From the NCBI RefSeq assembly GCF_009914755.1, contig NC_060938.1: a DNA stretch of 64,000 bases, one strand, 5' to 3'. Positions 28,854 to 42,664 of this stretch are shown here, one piece after another (position 1 is the stretch's first letter; every line of letters starts with the position of its first letter). The stretch is from the human T2T-CHM13v2.0 reference genome, Homo sapiens. The notes under the pieces were generated by a model. It was given only the letters and a program-made list of their open reading frames with translations, did no database searches and was not told the DNA's origin. The position numbers and the translations under genes were made by a program.

Positions 28854-29477
28854 CCTCTCTGCACACTTTTTCTGTCTAATCTACAGCCTCAGCCTCCTTG
28901 ACTTTGAATTTAAATGTAGAGCTCTTCAAGGTTCAGCCCTAAATCTGTGCTACTACTACAGCTCCAATCACAACAGCCTTCCCCTGGCCCCCATATTTAC
29001 CAGAACCTTTTCCATCCAAATCAGGCCTTTGTATATATTATTATCTCTGTTAGAAAAGTTTCTTTCTCTTTCTCACCAGCCTAAGCATATGTTTTTCACA
29101 TCTGAGTTAGTTGTCACTTCTGGGAATCCTTCTCCTACTTACCTTGCTAGGTCAAATCCCCCTATTATTTGCCTTCATAGTACTGTGTTATTCTTATGAG
29201 TACTAAACACTGTAGCAATCTACACTCTAATTTTTTTAGTGTCTGTCTCTAACACTAGACTGTTAGTTCCTATACACTAAAAGCCTTGATTAATATTTAT
29301 AGAATATATGAATAAATGTCCTCCCAAAAAATGATTTTATAGATTGTTTTCAACAAATTTTCCTAATGGTCAATAAGTATTTGTTGAAAGAATTAATGAA
29401 TCTCTTTATGCCCCCACTACCTTTAAAATAGGGGCTTTAAATATATAGAAAATAATTAAAAGTTTAAAATGGCATCT

Positions 29478-29850
29478 GTATTAGTTTGGATGGGCTAAAT
29501 AAACTACTCAATCAAATAGACACAAATATATTGTGGCTTGAATACAACAGAAATTTTTGCCTTGTTTATATAATGGTTCAGAATAGGAGTTCAGGTCAGG
29601 TGGCAGCTTTTCTCCATGCATTGATTCAGGAACCCCAGTGCCTTTCATTCTGTGGCTTCCCCATGGTCTTCCTATCATCTGCATTTAGCCAATAGAAAAG
29701 AGTGCAGAGGAGGAATTCATATTCTCCAAGAAGCCCCCTTCTAGAAGTGGCACACATCACTTCTATTCATCAGGTAACTGACTATACTCTCATTACTCTG
29801 CAAGAATAAAAGAATGGATTTTGCAGACAACCAGTGGTCTCTGCTACCAT
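29478..29850 (-). mobile_element. Old MLT1 LTR
   Basis: tgtattagtttggatgggct...gaagtggcacacatcacttc...ctctgctacca. Confidence 0.6.
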
Positions 29851-30039
29851 CATCCAAATACAAGGTCTCTTATTATTTTAGTTTTGCTGAGTTTTTTGAA
29901 CATGTAACTATTACAAATAGTAATAACATTCTGGGTTAAAATTAGGTCATACTGAATGGCAATTTAAAAACTTATCTTACCATCTCCTATTAATGAGAGA
30001 CAATGGCACTCTAATTTGGTTCCACAAAAATTTGGTTGT

Positions 30040-30328
30040 TAGGGGATGGAGGGATTGAGGAGATATTGGTCAAAGGACACAAAATTTCAATTAGGAGGAA
30101 TAAGTTCAAGAGGTCTATTGTGCACCTTGGTGACTATAGTTAATAACAATATAATGTATACTTGAAAATTGCGAGGAGAGTAGACTTAAAGTGTTCTCAC
30201 CACCAAAAAAAGTAAGTATGTTAAATAATGACTATGTTAAATAGTATGATTTGGCCATTCCCTAATATATCAAAACATCATGTTGTACACCATAAATATA
30301 TACAATTTTTACTTGTCAATTTTAAAAA
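30040..30328 (+). mobile_element. L1MA 3' end
   Basis: ggaggaataagttcaagaggtctattgt...gtacaccataaatatatacaattttt. Confidence 0.85.
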
Positions 30329-30334
30329 CTAGGC

Positions 30335-30500
30335 CAAGAGAGCTTGTTCACCCATTTCCACCATGTGAGGACACAGCAACAAGGCACCATCTATGAACCA
30401 GGAAATGGGTCCTCCCCAGACATCACATCTGCTGGTGCCTCAATCTTCGACTTCCCAGTCTCCAGAACTGTGAGAAATAAATTTCTGTTGTTCCTAAGGT
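30335..30500 (+). mobile_element. MLT1A fragment
   Basis: ccatgtgaggacacagcaacaaggcaccatctatgaaccagg...agaactgtgagaaataaatttctg. Confidence 0.8.
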
Positions 30501-30806
30501 ATTTTAAAAAATGCAGTTGTGGCAGTTAAGTCTTTTCTCATTCTCTGTTGTGTAAAATATGAAGAGAAAAAGGAAACATACCTGGGATACTATTTGTTCA
30601 CAGGTAATTCACATAATCTCTTTTAATGACAGTTTAAAAGTTATGAGGGCTAAAAGCTGATTTACTCTCCCAAGATAATCAGTATATAATATATCTATTA
30701 TATAATAATTATTATATATTATATATAATTATATATGTTCAGCATGTATATTATATATATTCAGCATGTATCATATATATAATATATATTCAGCATGCAT
30801 AATATA

Positions 30807-31217
30807 TATGCTGAATATTATCTGTTTGCCCCTCCAGATCTACTCTCCACCCTTTTCTGTGCCTCAAGAAGCTGACTGTATGGACTAAATCAACTGACTG
30901 TCTTAGCCTCTGGCTTCCCACTGGGTTTAGCCAAAGTAAAGCACAAACAGGATCAAAGCAGACAAGGTGCCACTGGCGAATAGCTCAGCCAAAGGCTGCA
31001 ACTTCTATCAGGAAGTCCTCTCCCCATAATTCTCGCTCTTCAAGTGCCTGTAATCGTTTCTTCCCCTTCCCCTTCTCCTTTGGGATCAGCAGTGATGTCT
31101 CCCTGCTGGCCTGCCCCAGCCTACTGTAATATCTCTTGTGATTTCTCTGAATTCTATCCACACCTTTGCAAATCATTTCTTTATCAAACTCTCCTTAATT
31201 ATCCATCAATTTCCTGC
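30807..31217 (+). mobile_element. LTR33 (ERVL) solo LTR, 3' terminus interrupted by an RPL27 fragment
   Basis: tatgctgaatattatctgtttgcccctccagatctactctccaccc start; end ...ttcctgc resumes as caggacc at ~31402. Confidence 0.75.
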
Positions 31218-31404
31218 TTTTGTGAAAGTTTGTAACTACAATTACCTAATACCTACAAGGTACTCTATGGATAGCCCCTTGGACAAAACTGTCATCAATA
31301 AGGATGTCTTCAGAGACCCTGCTGTTAAACGCAGGGCTGGATGAGAGGCCAAGGTCAAGTTTGAAAAGAGGTACAAGACAGGCAAGAACAAGTGGTTCTT
31401 CCAG
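31217..31404 (+). pseudogene. RPL27: Internal fragment of RPL27 pseudogene (local duplicate of 33145-33330)
   Basis: [39 protein letters not shown]...[16 protein letters not shown]; no stop codon region, 3'UTR or poly-A. Confidence 0.92.
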
Positions 31405-32042
31405 GACCTAGATTTTTCAAAGTGATTCCACAGTGTCCTAGTTCTAATATTTAAACCTACATTAGAAAATGTTTAAAAGAAAAAACTTCACCTATGAAAA
31501 AAATTGGGGAACACTGAATAAAAAAAACTATTTATATATTGTATACTTCATTTCCCAGGCATTTTTGTTCACAGACTTTTCCCTTTTTATAAAAAAGCAC
31601 CTAGGAACTAGTGTTCCGCAGAATATAATTGATAAAATTCTGATTTATATCAACAGAAAGAAGAGAAGAAAGACAAATGTAACACTACACAATTTCTAAG
31701 AATGCTCATGTTGTTTTTATTTTGGCTTTAAAGCACAGCCAGCCACTCACTTGAAGATAGCATGGTACATACAGTGTTGTCCTTCCACAGACATGTACAT
31801 ACCCTCTGCACCTGGCCTCGGTCCACTGCTAAGACCCCAGGACCCCTCTCTCTGACCTCAAAGTCATCATCCAGGTCACTAGAGATAGCTCACCACAGAA
31901 ATCTGTGACCATAGACATACAGCCTTGAACTCCAGCTTACATGAGCCGCACTGGACAAAGGAAAACCAACTGAAGACAAATTACCAGAGAGAAAGCATGG
32001 AAGCTACCAAATTGTTGGAACCCTTTCATTTCATGGGCTGTA

Positions 32043-32161
32043 TCTGTATTCTATCTACACCTTTGCAAATCATTTCTTTATCAAACTCTCCTTAAATTTC
32101 CTGCTTTTGTGAAAGTTTATAACTACAATCACCTAATTTCCACAAGGTACTCTGTGGATAT
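32043..32161 (+). repeat. Second copy of the LTR33-RPL27 junction (matches 31146-31272)
   Basis: cacctttgcaaatcatttctttatcaaactctcctta...ttcctgcttttgtgaaagttt...aaggtactct is shared. Confidence 0.93.
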
Positions 32162-32184
32162 TACACAGAAAGTACTAATTTTTT

Positions 32185-32360
32185 CTTTCTTTTTATTATT
32201 TTAAAGACGGGGTCTCACTTCTTGTCCATGCTGAGGTGCAGTGGCTATTTATAGGCATGATTATAGTATACTACAGCCTCTAACTCCTGGGCTCAAGTGA
32301 TCCTCTCACCTCAGCCTCCCACGTAGCTGGGACGACAGGCACATGCCACTGCACCCAGTG
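32185..32360 (-). mobile_element. FAM (fossil Alu monomer)
   Basis: Monomer retaining the 7SL-derived cagtggctatttataggcatgat segment; TSD gtactaatttt at 32172 and 32362. Confidence 0.8.
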
Positions 32361-32889
32361 TGTACTAATTTTCAAATTGAAGATTTCAGAAACACTGAAC
32401 TTGGAAAGACCCTGAGAGATGACTTTTTTCACTTTCAAATCAGTGCTGAGTCATCTCAGATACTCAATTATCTGTTTTTTAAAAAATTTAAACCTCCAAG
32501 CAGATCACGATGCCTTTCCTCTTCTTTGTGTTTTCTGTTTATATCCTTAATAGCACCTACCACATTGATTAGTAATTGATAGTTTAATGTTCTGTCTCTT
32601 CAAACATAATGCAAGCTCTTTCAGGTAAGAAAATGTATCATTGTTGTTAAAGCCTTAACACTTGACCCAGTATATATTTAATAAAAATTTTTGAACAAAC
32701 GAAAAACATTGGCCAAATGAATAAATGTTTCCTAATAATGTTGGTAAATGTTGGTAAGTTCTTTCACTATCAATCGTATCATAAAATTTTTCTTAATACC
32801 AACTTAAATGCCATTTTGTGTATAGAAAAATCCCTAAAAGATCCTAGAGGTTATCCACTCTGGGCAGAGGTGCATTTAAAAACTAAAGT

Positions 32890-33387
32890 TTTTCCTTCTT
32901 TCCTTTCTGCTGTAGGCCCCAGTGGTTACTGTCAAAATGGGCAAGTTCCTGAAACCTCAGAAAGTGGTGTTTGTCCTGGCTGGATGCTACTCCAGACACA
33001 AAGCTGTCATCGTGAAGAACATTGATGATGGCACCTCAGATCGCCCCTACAGCCATGCCCTGGTGGCTGGAATTGACCACTATCCCTGCAAAGTAAGAGC
33101 TGCCATGGGCAAGAAGAAGATCACCAAGAGGTCAAAGATCAAGTCTTTTGTGAAAGTTTATAACTAATCACCTAATGCCCACAAGGTACTCTGTGGATAT
33201 CCTCTTGGACAAAACTGTCATTAATAAGGATGTCTGCAGACACCCTGCTCTTAAACCCAAGGCTGGACAAGAAGCCAAGATCAAGTTTGAAAAGAGGTAC
33301 AAGACGGGCAAGAACAAGTGGTTCTTCCAGAAGCTGCAGTTTTAGAGGCTTTGTTTTGGTCATTAAAAATTAAAAAGAAAAAAAAAA
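32890..33387 (+). pseudogene. RPL27: Full-length processed pseudogene of ribosomal protein L27 (eL27)
   Basis: 5' pyrimidine tract; ATG 32937 [47 protein letters not shown]; 2-bp deletion near 33165 causes frameshift and stop; original TAG 33343-33345; attaaa and poly-A; degenerate TSD aaaaacta(aa)gtttt. Confidence 0.97.
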
Positions 33388-33576
33388 CTAGTTTTCTTGG
33401 GTTTTGTTCATTGTATTTCTTTTTAATCTTCAGAGAAGAAAATATATAACCATCCTTGCAGATGTATTTCAATTTCACAAACCTTTAGAATTAGAAAAAT
33501 TCCTCCTCCTAGCTACAGAGTCTCCATCCAAATATGTACATGGGCTTGACAAGCAAGGTAAATGAGTTAAGGAAGG

Positions 33577-34093
33577 TGTTTTGTCATAAGACCTGAAACT
33601 AAGATGCAGTGTTCTGTGCTGCTTCGATATCTGGTGAAATCAGGAGGGCCTTAAATGGCCTAAATGTAAGTTCCCCTGCTGCTCTGTTCCCAGAGATAAG
33701 ATTCCCTAGCCAAATAACCCTCTGTATCAAGAGAACCAGGTGTAGTTCCTGCTTATCTCTGAGTAGTGAGTTTCCGTTCCCTATCAGCCTGTGATATTAT
33801 TCAAACAAGCGAATCACACCTTCCTGTTGGAACCAAGGGACACCTCACCCTTTAGATACTACAAAGCCTGTCTCCCAAAGCCCGTCCTTGTTCACTGTGT
33901 TCCTGAGTGCAACTCCGATGTGGCCCTGTGTGGCATACAATGTCCTCCTCCTCAGGCGGTGAGTATATGTGATGAATAAACTGCTGTTGATCTTACCTGT
34001 CCAGTGTTGGGTGTCAGGTGTTTGGCCATTTCCATAAACCTAGGTCAAGAATCACTTCCTCAACGACAGAGTGAACAGGAGGCAATTAAAACA
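33577..34093 (+). mobile_element. Solo LTR (ERVL-like, subfamily uncertain)
   Basis: TG...CA ends, about 515 bp, aataaa at ~33975. Confidence 0.7.
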
Positions 34094-35072
34094 GGTACGG
34101 ACCTGGTATGGGAAAAACGATTGCTGGGGAAAGAACTGTAACAATACCCGGCGCTAGTGGCTTAGAGCTAGGAAGTGGGGGAAACCATGGAGGTCTGGAC
34201 AGGACAGACCCCAATTTAAGTAAGCAGCTACTGTTCAGCACGAGTCTATTGTAGACAGGCTAGTCACAACAATACACAGTATTGCCAAACATTTCAAGAG
34301 ACACTGGAAATCTGGATTTTATGTCAAAATTCTCACTTTTTAAAAGTTGGAAACTTCTTCCTTCCTTTCATTTTCCCTCTCCTTTTCCCACTCTCTGTCT
34401 CTCAGCCCAACCAAAACCCATCAGGGGTGGTTTTGTGAGGTGCCAGTTTGTAACCTGTCCTAGAAGTTAAGCCTAGTCCCTAGAACACTGCTCTGATCCC
34501 AACACTTAAATAACATTCTGCCATTACATCTTCTAATATCACATATACTAACATTGCTGATTCAAGTTAGATTTACTATACCCCTGAAATTTAAATCTTA
34601 GCCATATTTATCTATAAGTCCCCATTATATATTAGGGCAGTCTTATTTTTCCTCCTAGCAACAATTCACTACACTGCATTTTATTCTGACCACATTTCAC
34701 ACTCCCTCAATTACTAAGTCATTTTGAATTCTAATAATATCCTTCCAGGCACTTCCAATCACACTCAGCTTGTGCTGTTCCTTCCATTATATCATTCCAA
34801 ACATCAAAAAATATAAAGGAATCTAGCTTAAAAATAAGACTTCTAAAACACCCGTTGTTATGTTCCTCCCAAATTGACATGACACAAATAATAACTTTCT
34901 TAACTATTTCCAGGAAATGTAATAGTGCATTTTTTCTAAATTGTCACTTTTTAAAGACTGGTAAATACAAGTTTCAGAAGAATTAATATAATTGCTATGG
35001 GGAGAAACAACAGTACTCTTTAACCATGCCAAAACATTTTAATAAGTTTGATGAATTTAAAAGCATATTTAA

Positions 35073-35365
35073 GACCAGGCACAGTGACTCACACCTGTAA
35101 TCCCAGCACTTTGGGAGGCCGTGGCAGAAGGATTGCTTGAGCTTAGGAGTTCGAGACCAGCCTGGGCAACATGGCAGAAACTCCATGTCTACCAAAAATT
35201 CAAAAAATTATCTGGCCATGGTGGCACATGCCTGTGGTCCCAGCTATTCAGGAGGCTGAGGTGGGAGGATCACTTGAGCCCGGGAGGTGGAGTTTGCAGT
35301 GAGCCATGATCATGCCACTGTACTCCACCCTGGGTAACACAGCAAGACCGCATCTCAAAAAAAAA
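35073..35365 (+). mobile_element. AluJb
   Basis: Full dimer. Confidence 0.93.
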
Positions 35366-36840
35366 TTTTTTTAAGAATATTTAAAAGAAATACTTTTAAA
35401 GCATATTCATTAATTTCTTCATTCAGCAAACTTCATTCAGCACCTACTCTGTGCCAGTCACTGTTTGAGAAGCTGGGAATATATTCAAAATAGAATAAAA
35501 TTCCCACTGTCATTGAGTTTGCTGTCCATAATATTAGGCAGAATATAAAATCAACTCCTGTTAGTTGCAGTTAGATAAAAATGGGTAAGCCAATAGACAG
35601 AATCAGAAGAGAATATGTTAAACTTAAAATAGTAGCTGGGTATGTCGAGAAGGTTACAGACTATTTCTTTCTTTATTCAATATAAAGTGCAAGAGTTCAT
35701 AATGAAATGACATAAAAATTAAAGATAAACAACTCATCATTCACCTGTGAAGACTACTAGTGTACTAACTCATTATTCTGAAAATTGATAAATAAGTAGA
35801 ATAACCATATAATTTGTTGTCCCAAATGGAACATTTTAACGAGTAATATTCAATTCAAAGTTCACACATTACATTTGGTTGATGTATCTCTTAATTTTCT
35901 TTTAACCTATAACTTCACAAACCATAAGTATAAATTAAATAAGTTTAACGTATAACTTTATGCTAACATCACCTCTCACCTGGACTATCACAACTGCCTT
36001 CACTCTTGACTCCTAGAACTCATTTACCACTCTGCATCAAGAATCATCTTTGTAAAAAGTATATATCAGAGGAATTAACTGGAGGATAACGGTGGTAACC
36101 TGAATTCAAATCTCCATACACATCCCAAAAAAATAAATAATAGCAACAAGGAGTACAAATAAAACAAAATGTTACACATGCCACCGAAATCACAATGAAC
36201 CAGAGTATAGCGGGAATTTCAAACTACCTGAAAGTAGAGAAATGAAACTTGAAGTCCCACCACCAACGCAAGCCTGTGGATGTACAGAACAGTGACACGG
36301 GAGGCCTAAGTCATTCTAAAGAGAAGAGAAGACAGGTTAGGATTTAAAACATAAACAAAACTACCTGCAGAAAAAGAAAGCACAACATATGTGATAAAAT
36401 ACCACACACAGGTCCATGACTTGGTAGCTCATGGCACCCAGTAGAGGGAAAGAGCTTGAAAGTAAGTAGAACGGAGGAGGCAGAAGAGGAAATACTACAT
36501 CTGTGAGACAAAGAGATATGAGGGAGAACAGCCCCTTGGAGAGTGGCAGTGAAGGAAAATAAGGAAGTCGATGGCAAAAAATTAAAGATGCTGCAGAAAA
36601 AGAACAGAAACAAGACATGGCAAGACGCCCACCCCGGCTCCCGCCGACAACTACCACTACCACAATCACCATCTTACTTGGAAGAAAAATAATGTATTTT
36701 ACTAAAATGAGAGAAGAGCATGCTCACGAACCAGAAACTCTGTCCAAAAAATGCCCTGGAATAAAAATAAAATCAAACAAATTCCATACAAAGTTATCGT
36801 AAGGAAAAAAAAATAGAACATATATAATCAAAACGTTTCA

Positions 36841-37113
<273 letters not shown>

Positions 37114-37435
37114 TCAACTGGTGAGAATTACTCTAAAAATGCCAACCACAAAACACAATACATTCAAACTGGTTTAAATAATGTCAAACAACATTTGGAG
37201 ATATTAAAAAGTCTAGAATCATAAATTTAAAACAAATAACGTAAATAGGCCCAGGAAAATCTATGAGATCTATGCAAGGGGAAAATGCAATGAGAGTAGA
37301 TTGGACCAAAAAAGAAAATCCAAGAAAAAGACAAAATTATCTCAGAAAGGAGGAATAAATTGCAAGGTGCCCAAGGGAAAATATATTTGGATGAAAATTA
37401 AATAAGAAAAAAAACAAGAACAAAAATATAAGATA

Positions 37436-37722
37436 GGCCAGGCATTGTGGCTCATGCTTGTAATTCCAGTATTCTGGGAGTCCAAGGCAGGAAGATCACT
37501 TGAGCTCAGGGGTTCAAGGCAAGCCTGGGAAAAGTAGTGAGACCCCATCTCTATAAAAAATTTAAAAAATTACCCAGGCATGGATGCATGTGCCTATTGT
37601 CCCAGTTCCTTGGGAGGCTGAAGCAGAAGAGTCACTTGAGCCCAGGAGATTGAGGCTGCAGTGAGTGGTGATCATACCACCGCACTCCAGCCTGGAGGAT
37701 AGAGTGACACTCTGTCTCAAAA
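37436..37722 (+). mobile_element. AluJ
   Basis: Full dimer. Confidence 0.9.
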
Positions 37723-37910
37723 CTCATAATAATAAGATAAAGAAAGAAGCAAAAAAGCATCAGAGAGTAGAAAGTGATCAAAATTGAAGACATGCAAAGA
37801 AGGCTCAACATATGTATAACTGGAACTCTTGACAAAGGAAAACAATACAATGAGGCAGAACTAATATTTAACACTACAATCCAAGAAAACTTTCTGGAAA
37901 TAAAAGAAAA

Positions 37911-38040
37911 GCCTGTAATACTAGCACTTTGGTAGGCCAAGATGGGAGGATTGCTTGATGCCAAGAGTTCAAGACCAACCTGGTCAACATAGCGAGACTC
38001 TATCTCTATAAAAAATAAAAAGAAAATAAATAAAAATAAA
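37911..38040 (+). mobile_element. Alu left monomer/FLAM
   Basis: gcctgtaatactagcactttgg...tctctataaaaa. Confidence 0.85.
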
Positions 38041-38362
38041 ATTATACATTAAAAGGGCCCATATTTACCTGAAAATATTGACCTAAAATGATCAACTCTA
38101 AGATATATGTTAATACAACTATTAGAATAAAAGATCGAATTGCTAATAGGCATAAGAAAATTAGATTGGCATTAGTCTCCACAAAAGCAGCATTTAAAGC
38201 CAAGAGGCCAGTATTTTCAAGAAACTCAAGGAAAGAAATAATAAGCAAAGTATTTTATAGCAAAGTTCTTCTAGCATCAAGGCTATATAAAAACAGTTTT
38301 GAACATGCAAGAGCTCAAGAAACACGGTACTCAAAAGTCCTTTTTGAAGTGTCTACTTAGGC

Positions 38363-38621
38363 AGGAGTTGACACGCAATAGTCCACAGGTCAAATCTGGC
38401 CTGGCATCTATTTTTGTACAGCCCACAAGCTAAGAATGTTTTACATTTTTAAAGCATTTTAAGATAAGAAAAAGGAGTGACAGAAGGAAAAGGAGAAGCA
38501 GCAGCAGCAGCAGCAGTAGCAGTAAAGAATGTATATATGGCCCGCAAGGCCTAAAACATTTACTCTCTGACTCTTTATAGAAAAACTTTGCTGACTCCTG
38601 CCCTAGACTATGATAAGCTTT
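38363..38621 (+). mobile_element. MER58 (hAT-Charlie MITE)
   Basis: caggagttgac...tttgctgactcctg termini; tttttgtacagcccacaagctaagaatg; ggcccgcaaggcctaaaacatttact. Confidence 0.85.
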
Positions 38622-39158
38622 ATCCACACAAAAGATGACTGGGGAAATATCAGTAAACAGACATGGTAAGCACTTAATATACCTAATTGTAGAACCAAGA
38701 ATAAAAGAAAAGTAGGGACAAGGTTGAAAGAATAGTACATGAGCAGTATACATTCTGACAAAGTAGAAAGAATGCAACCAGCGGGGGGAAAAAGAGAGGA
38801 ATGGGGGTAGTAGAATAAGATAATTGAATATTATAAAGATGATAGGAGCCCAAGGACATCACTTAAAACTTATAAACCAGCTAGTAAAAAAAAATTAGCC
38901 AAAAAAGGAGGAATTAAGCACTATTAAAAGCATAAATACAAAGATAACCACAAGAATAACAATACTAATTTCCCTAAATGCCTCTCTATAAAAGAGGGGC
39001 ACAGTAAATATAATTACATCCAGTAATTATAACACAAAATAATATAAGAAAGTTGAGAATAAACATATCAGTCATACCAATAATGTTAGTGGGCTTAACT
39101 TGCCCATTAAAAGAAAAACAATTTCAAATTGGCTTACAAATCAAAACTGAACTTTGGG

Positions 39159-39850
<692 letters not shown>

Positions 39851-40254
39851 TTATATATATACACTAGACAAATGAAAATCATAAAAAAGCAAGGGTTGTC
39901 ATCTTGATATCAGGTATAATTCAGGCCAAAAAGCATTAAATAAAACAAATGATGACACTTTATGATGCTAAAAGCCACGACTCACAAAGAAGATATAATA
40001 GTTATAAATATCCATGTACCAAATAACCCAGTGACCAACTATACAAAGCAGAAACTACATGAGATAGAATGAGAAATAGATAGACACTATACAGGATGCT
40101 TCACCACCCATTCTCAGCACAGAGATGTCAAGTGTATGAAAGACAAGGATATGGAATATGGATAGATATTGGAAAGATAATGATGTAGAAACAACATAAT
40201 TCATAAGGCCACTCATATGGATATTTCTTGAATATTATACCCCGATAATAAAGA

Positions 40255-40329
40255 ATAGTTCACATTCTCTTACAGGTCAGACAGCTTGCTCTACTCTTTC
40301 TCCCTTCTCATTACTGTGCTTGACTATGC
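40255..40329 (+). pseudogene. RNY1: 5'-truncated Y1 RNA retropseudogene
   Basis: gttcacattctcttacaggtcagacagcttgctctactctttctcccttctcattactgtgcttgacta matches the recalled 3' two-thirds of hY1 (gttcacagtcagttacagatc...ctactctttccccccttctcactactgcacttgactag). Confidence 0.85.
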
Positions 40330-40332
40330 ATA

Positions 40333-40340
40333 TACACACA

Positions 40341-40379
<39 letters not shown>
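40333..40379. repeat. (CA)n microsatellite
   Basis: Direct reading. Confidence 0.95.
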
Positions 40380-40381
<2 letters not shown>

Positions 40382-40473
40382 TCTTCTTAAGTACATATGG
40401 AATATTCTTAAAATTAATTATATTTTAGGTCACAAGAAAATATCATTAAGTTCCATAGAATAGAGATAGCACA

Positions 40474-41093
<620 letters not shown>

Positions 41094-41322
41094 AAATACC
41101 ACAAACAATGCTATCTCACCACAATGTAATAAAACCAGAAATTTAAAATTGAAATTATAAAATAAAAAGCCACTTCTGCTGAAAATTAGAAAGTCTTCTA
41201 TGATATGTCTTGGGTGAAATGAGAACACACTTACAGAATATCTGAAAAATGATGATGAAAACACTGTTTATCAAAATCTATGGTTATGTTTAACAGAGTG
41301 ATCAAGGAGAATTTGTAACCTT

Positions 41323-41780
41323 TGTGGGCAGCTGAAAAAAAAAATGGCCTTCCAAAGATACATTCACTTCTTAATCCACGGAACCAGTGAATATTGCCTT
41401 GTATAGCAAAATATGTGATTAAATTAAAGATCTTGAGAGGAAGGGCTTATCCTGAATTATGCAGATGAGCCCTAAATACCATCACATGCATCCTTATGAG
41501 GGAGAGGCACAGTGGGACAGGCAGACGCAGAGAGGAGAAAGCAATGTAAAGTCCGAGGCTGAGACTGGAGTGATGTAACACCAGCCAACCAATGCCAACA
41601 GCCACCAGAAGCTGGAAGGAACAAGAAATTGATTCTCCTCTAGAGCTTCTGTAGGGAATACAGCCCTGTGGAAGCCTTGATTTTGAACTTCTGGCCTTCA
41701 GAACCATGTGAGAATGAATTTCTGTAGTTTTAAGTCACTAAGGTGGTAATTTATTATAAAAGCCCTAAGAAACTAACATA
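41323..41780 (+). mobile_element. MLT1C/D solo LTR
   Basis: gccaccagaagctggaaggaacaagaaattgattctcctctagag; 5-bp TSD acctt. Confidence 0.9.
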
Positions 41781-42373
41781 ACCTTAAACACCCATATCAG
41801 TAAAAATGAAAGAATAATAAAAAATGAATTAAGTCCTCAACTCAAAAAAACTAGAAAAAGCCTATAAAGTATTTCTAAAATAAAGCACAATTAAGGAATT
41901 AATAGAAATAAAAACAGAAATTAAGGAGATGAAGAACAGAAAAATAGTACATCAAATTATTAATATGAACATCCCGATTATTTTTTAAAAGTCAACAAAA
42001 TAGACAAAATACTAGGTAATTCAATCAAGACAAAAAGGAAGACAGCAAAATATAACAAGAATAACTGTTGATGAAGAAAATTTTAAATCATAAAATATTT
42101 TGTACATATCTAAACAAATAAATTCTAAAATCTAGATGGCATAGAAAACTTCTTAGAAACATATAACTCACCGAAATTTACCCCAATAAAGATAGGAAGC
42201 TTACATCCACCCATTTTCATAGCAAAAACTTGAAAACATTATCAAAAAAACTACCCCCCACCAAAAAGAACTAGGCCCAGATGGTTTCAGAGAAGGATGC
42301 TGCCAAACCTTTAGAGAACAGATAGTACCAATGTTGGTAAACTGTTTCAGAGAATTAAAGCTAAAGGAAATTT

Positions 42374-42664
<291 letters not shown>

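Noticed and set aside
38497-38523. (CAG)n tract as polyglutamine coding
   Set aside because: Short, interrupted and inside a MER58 element
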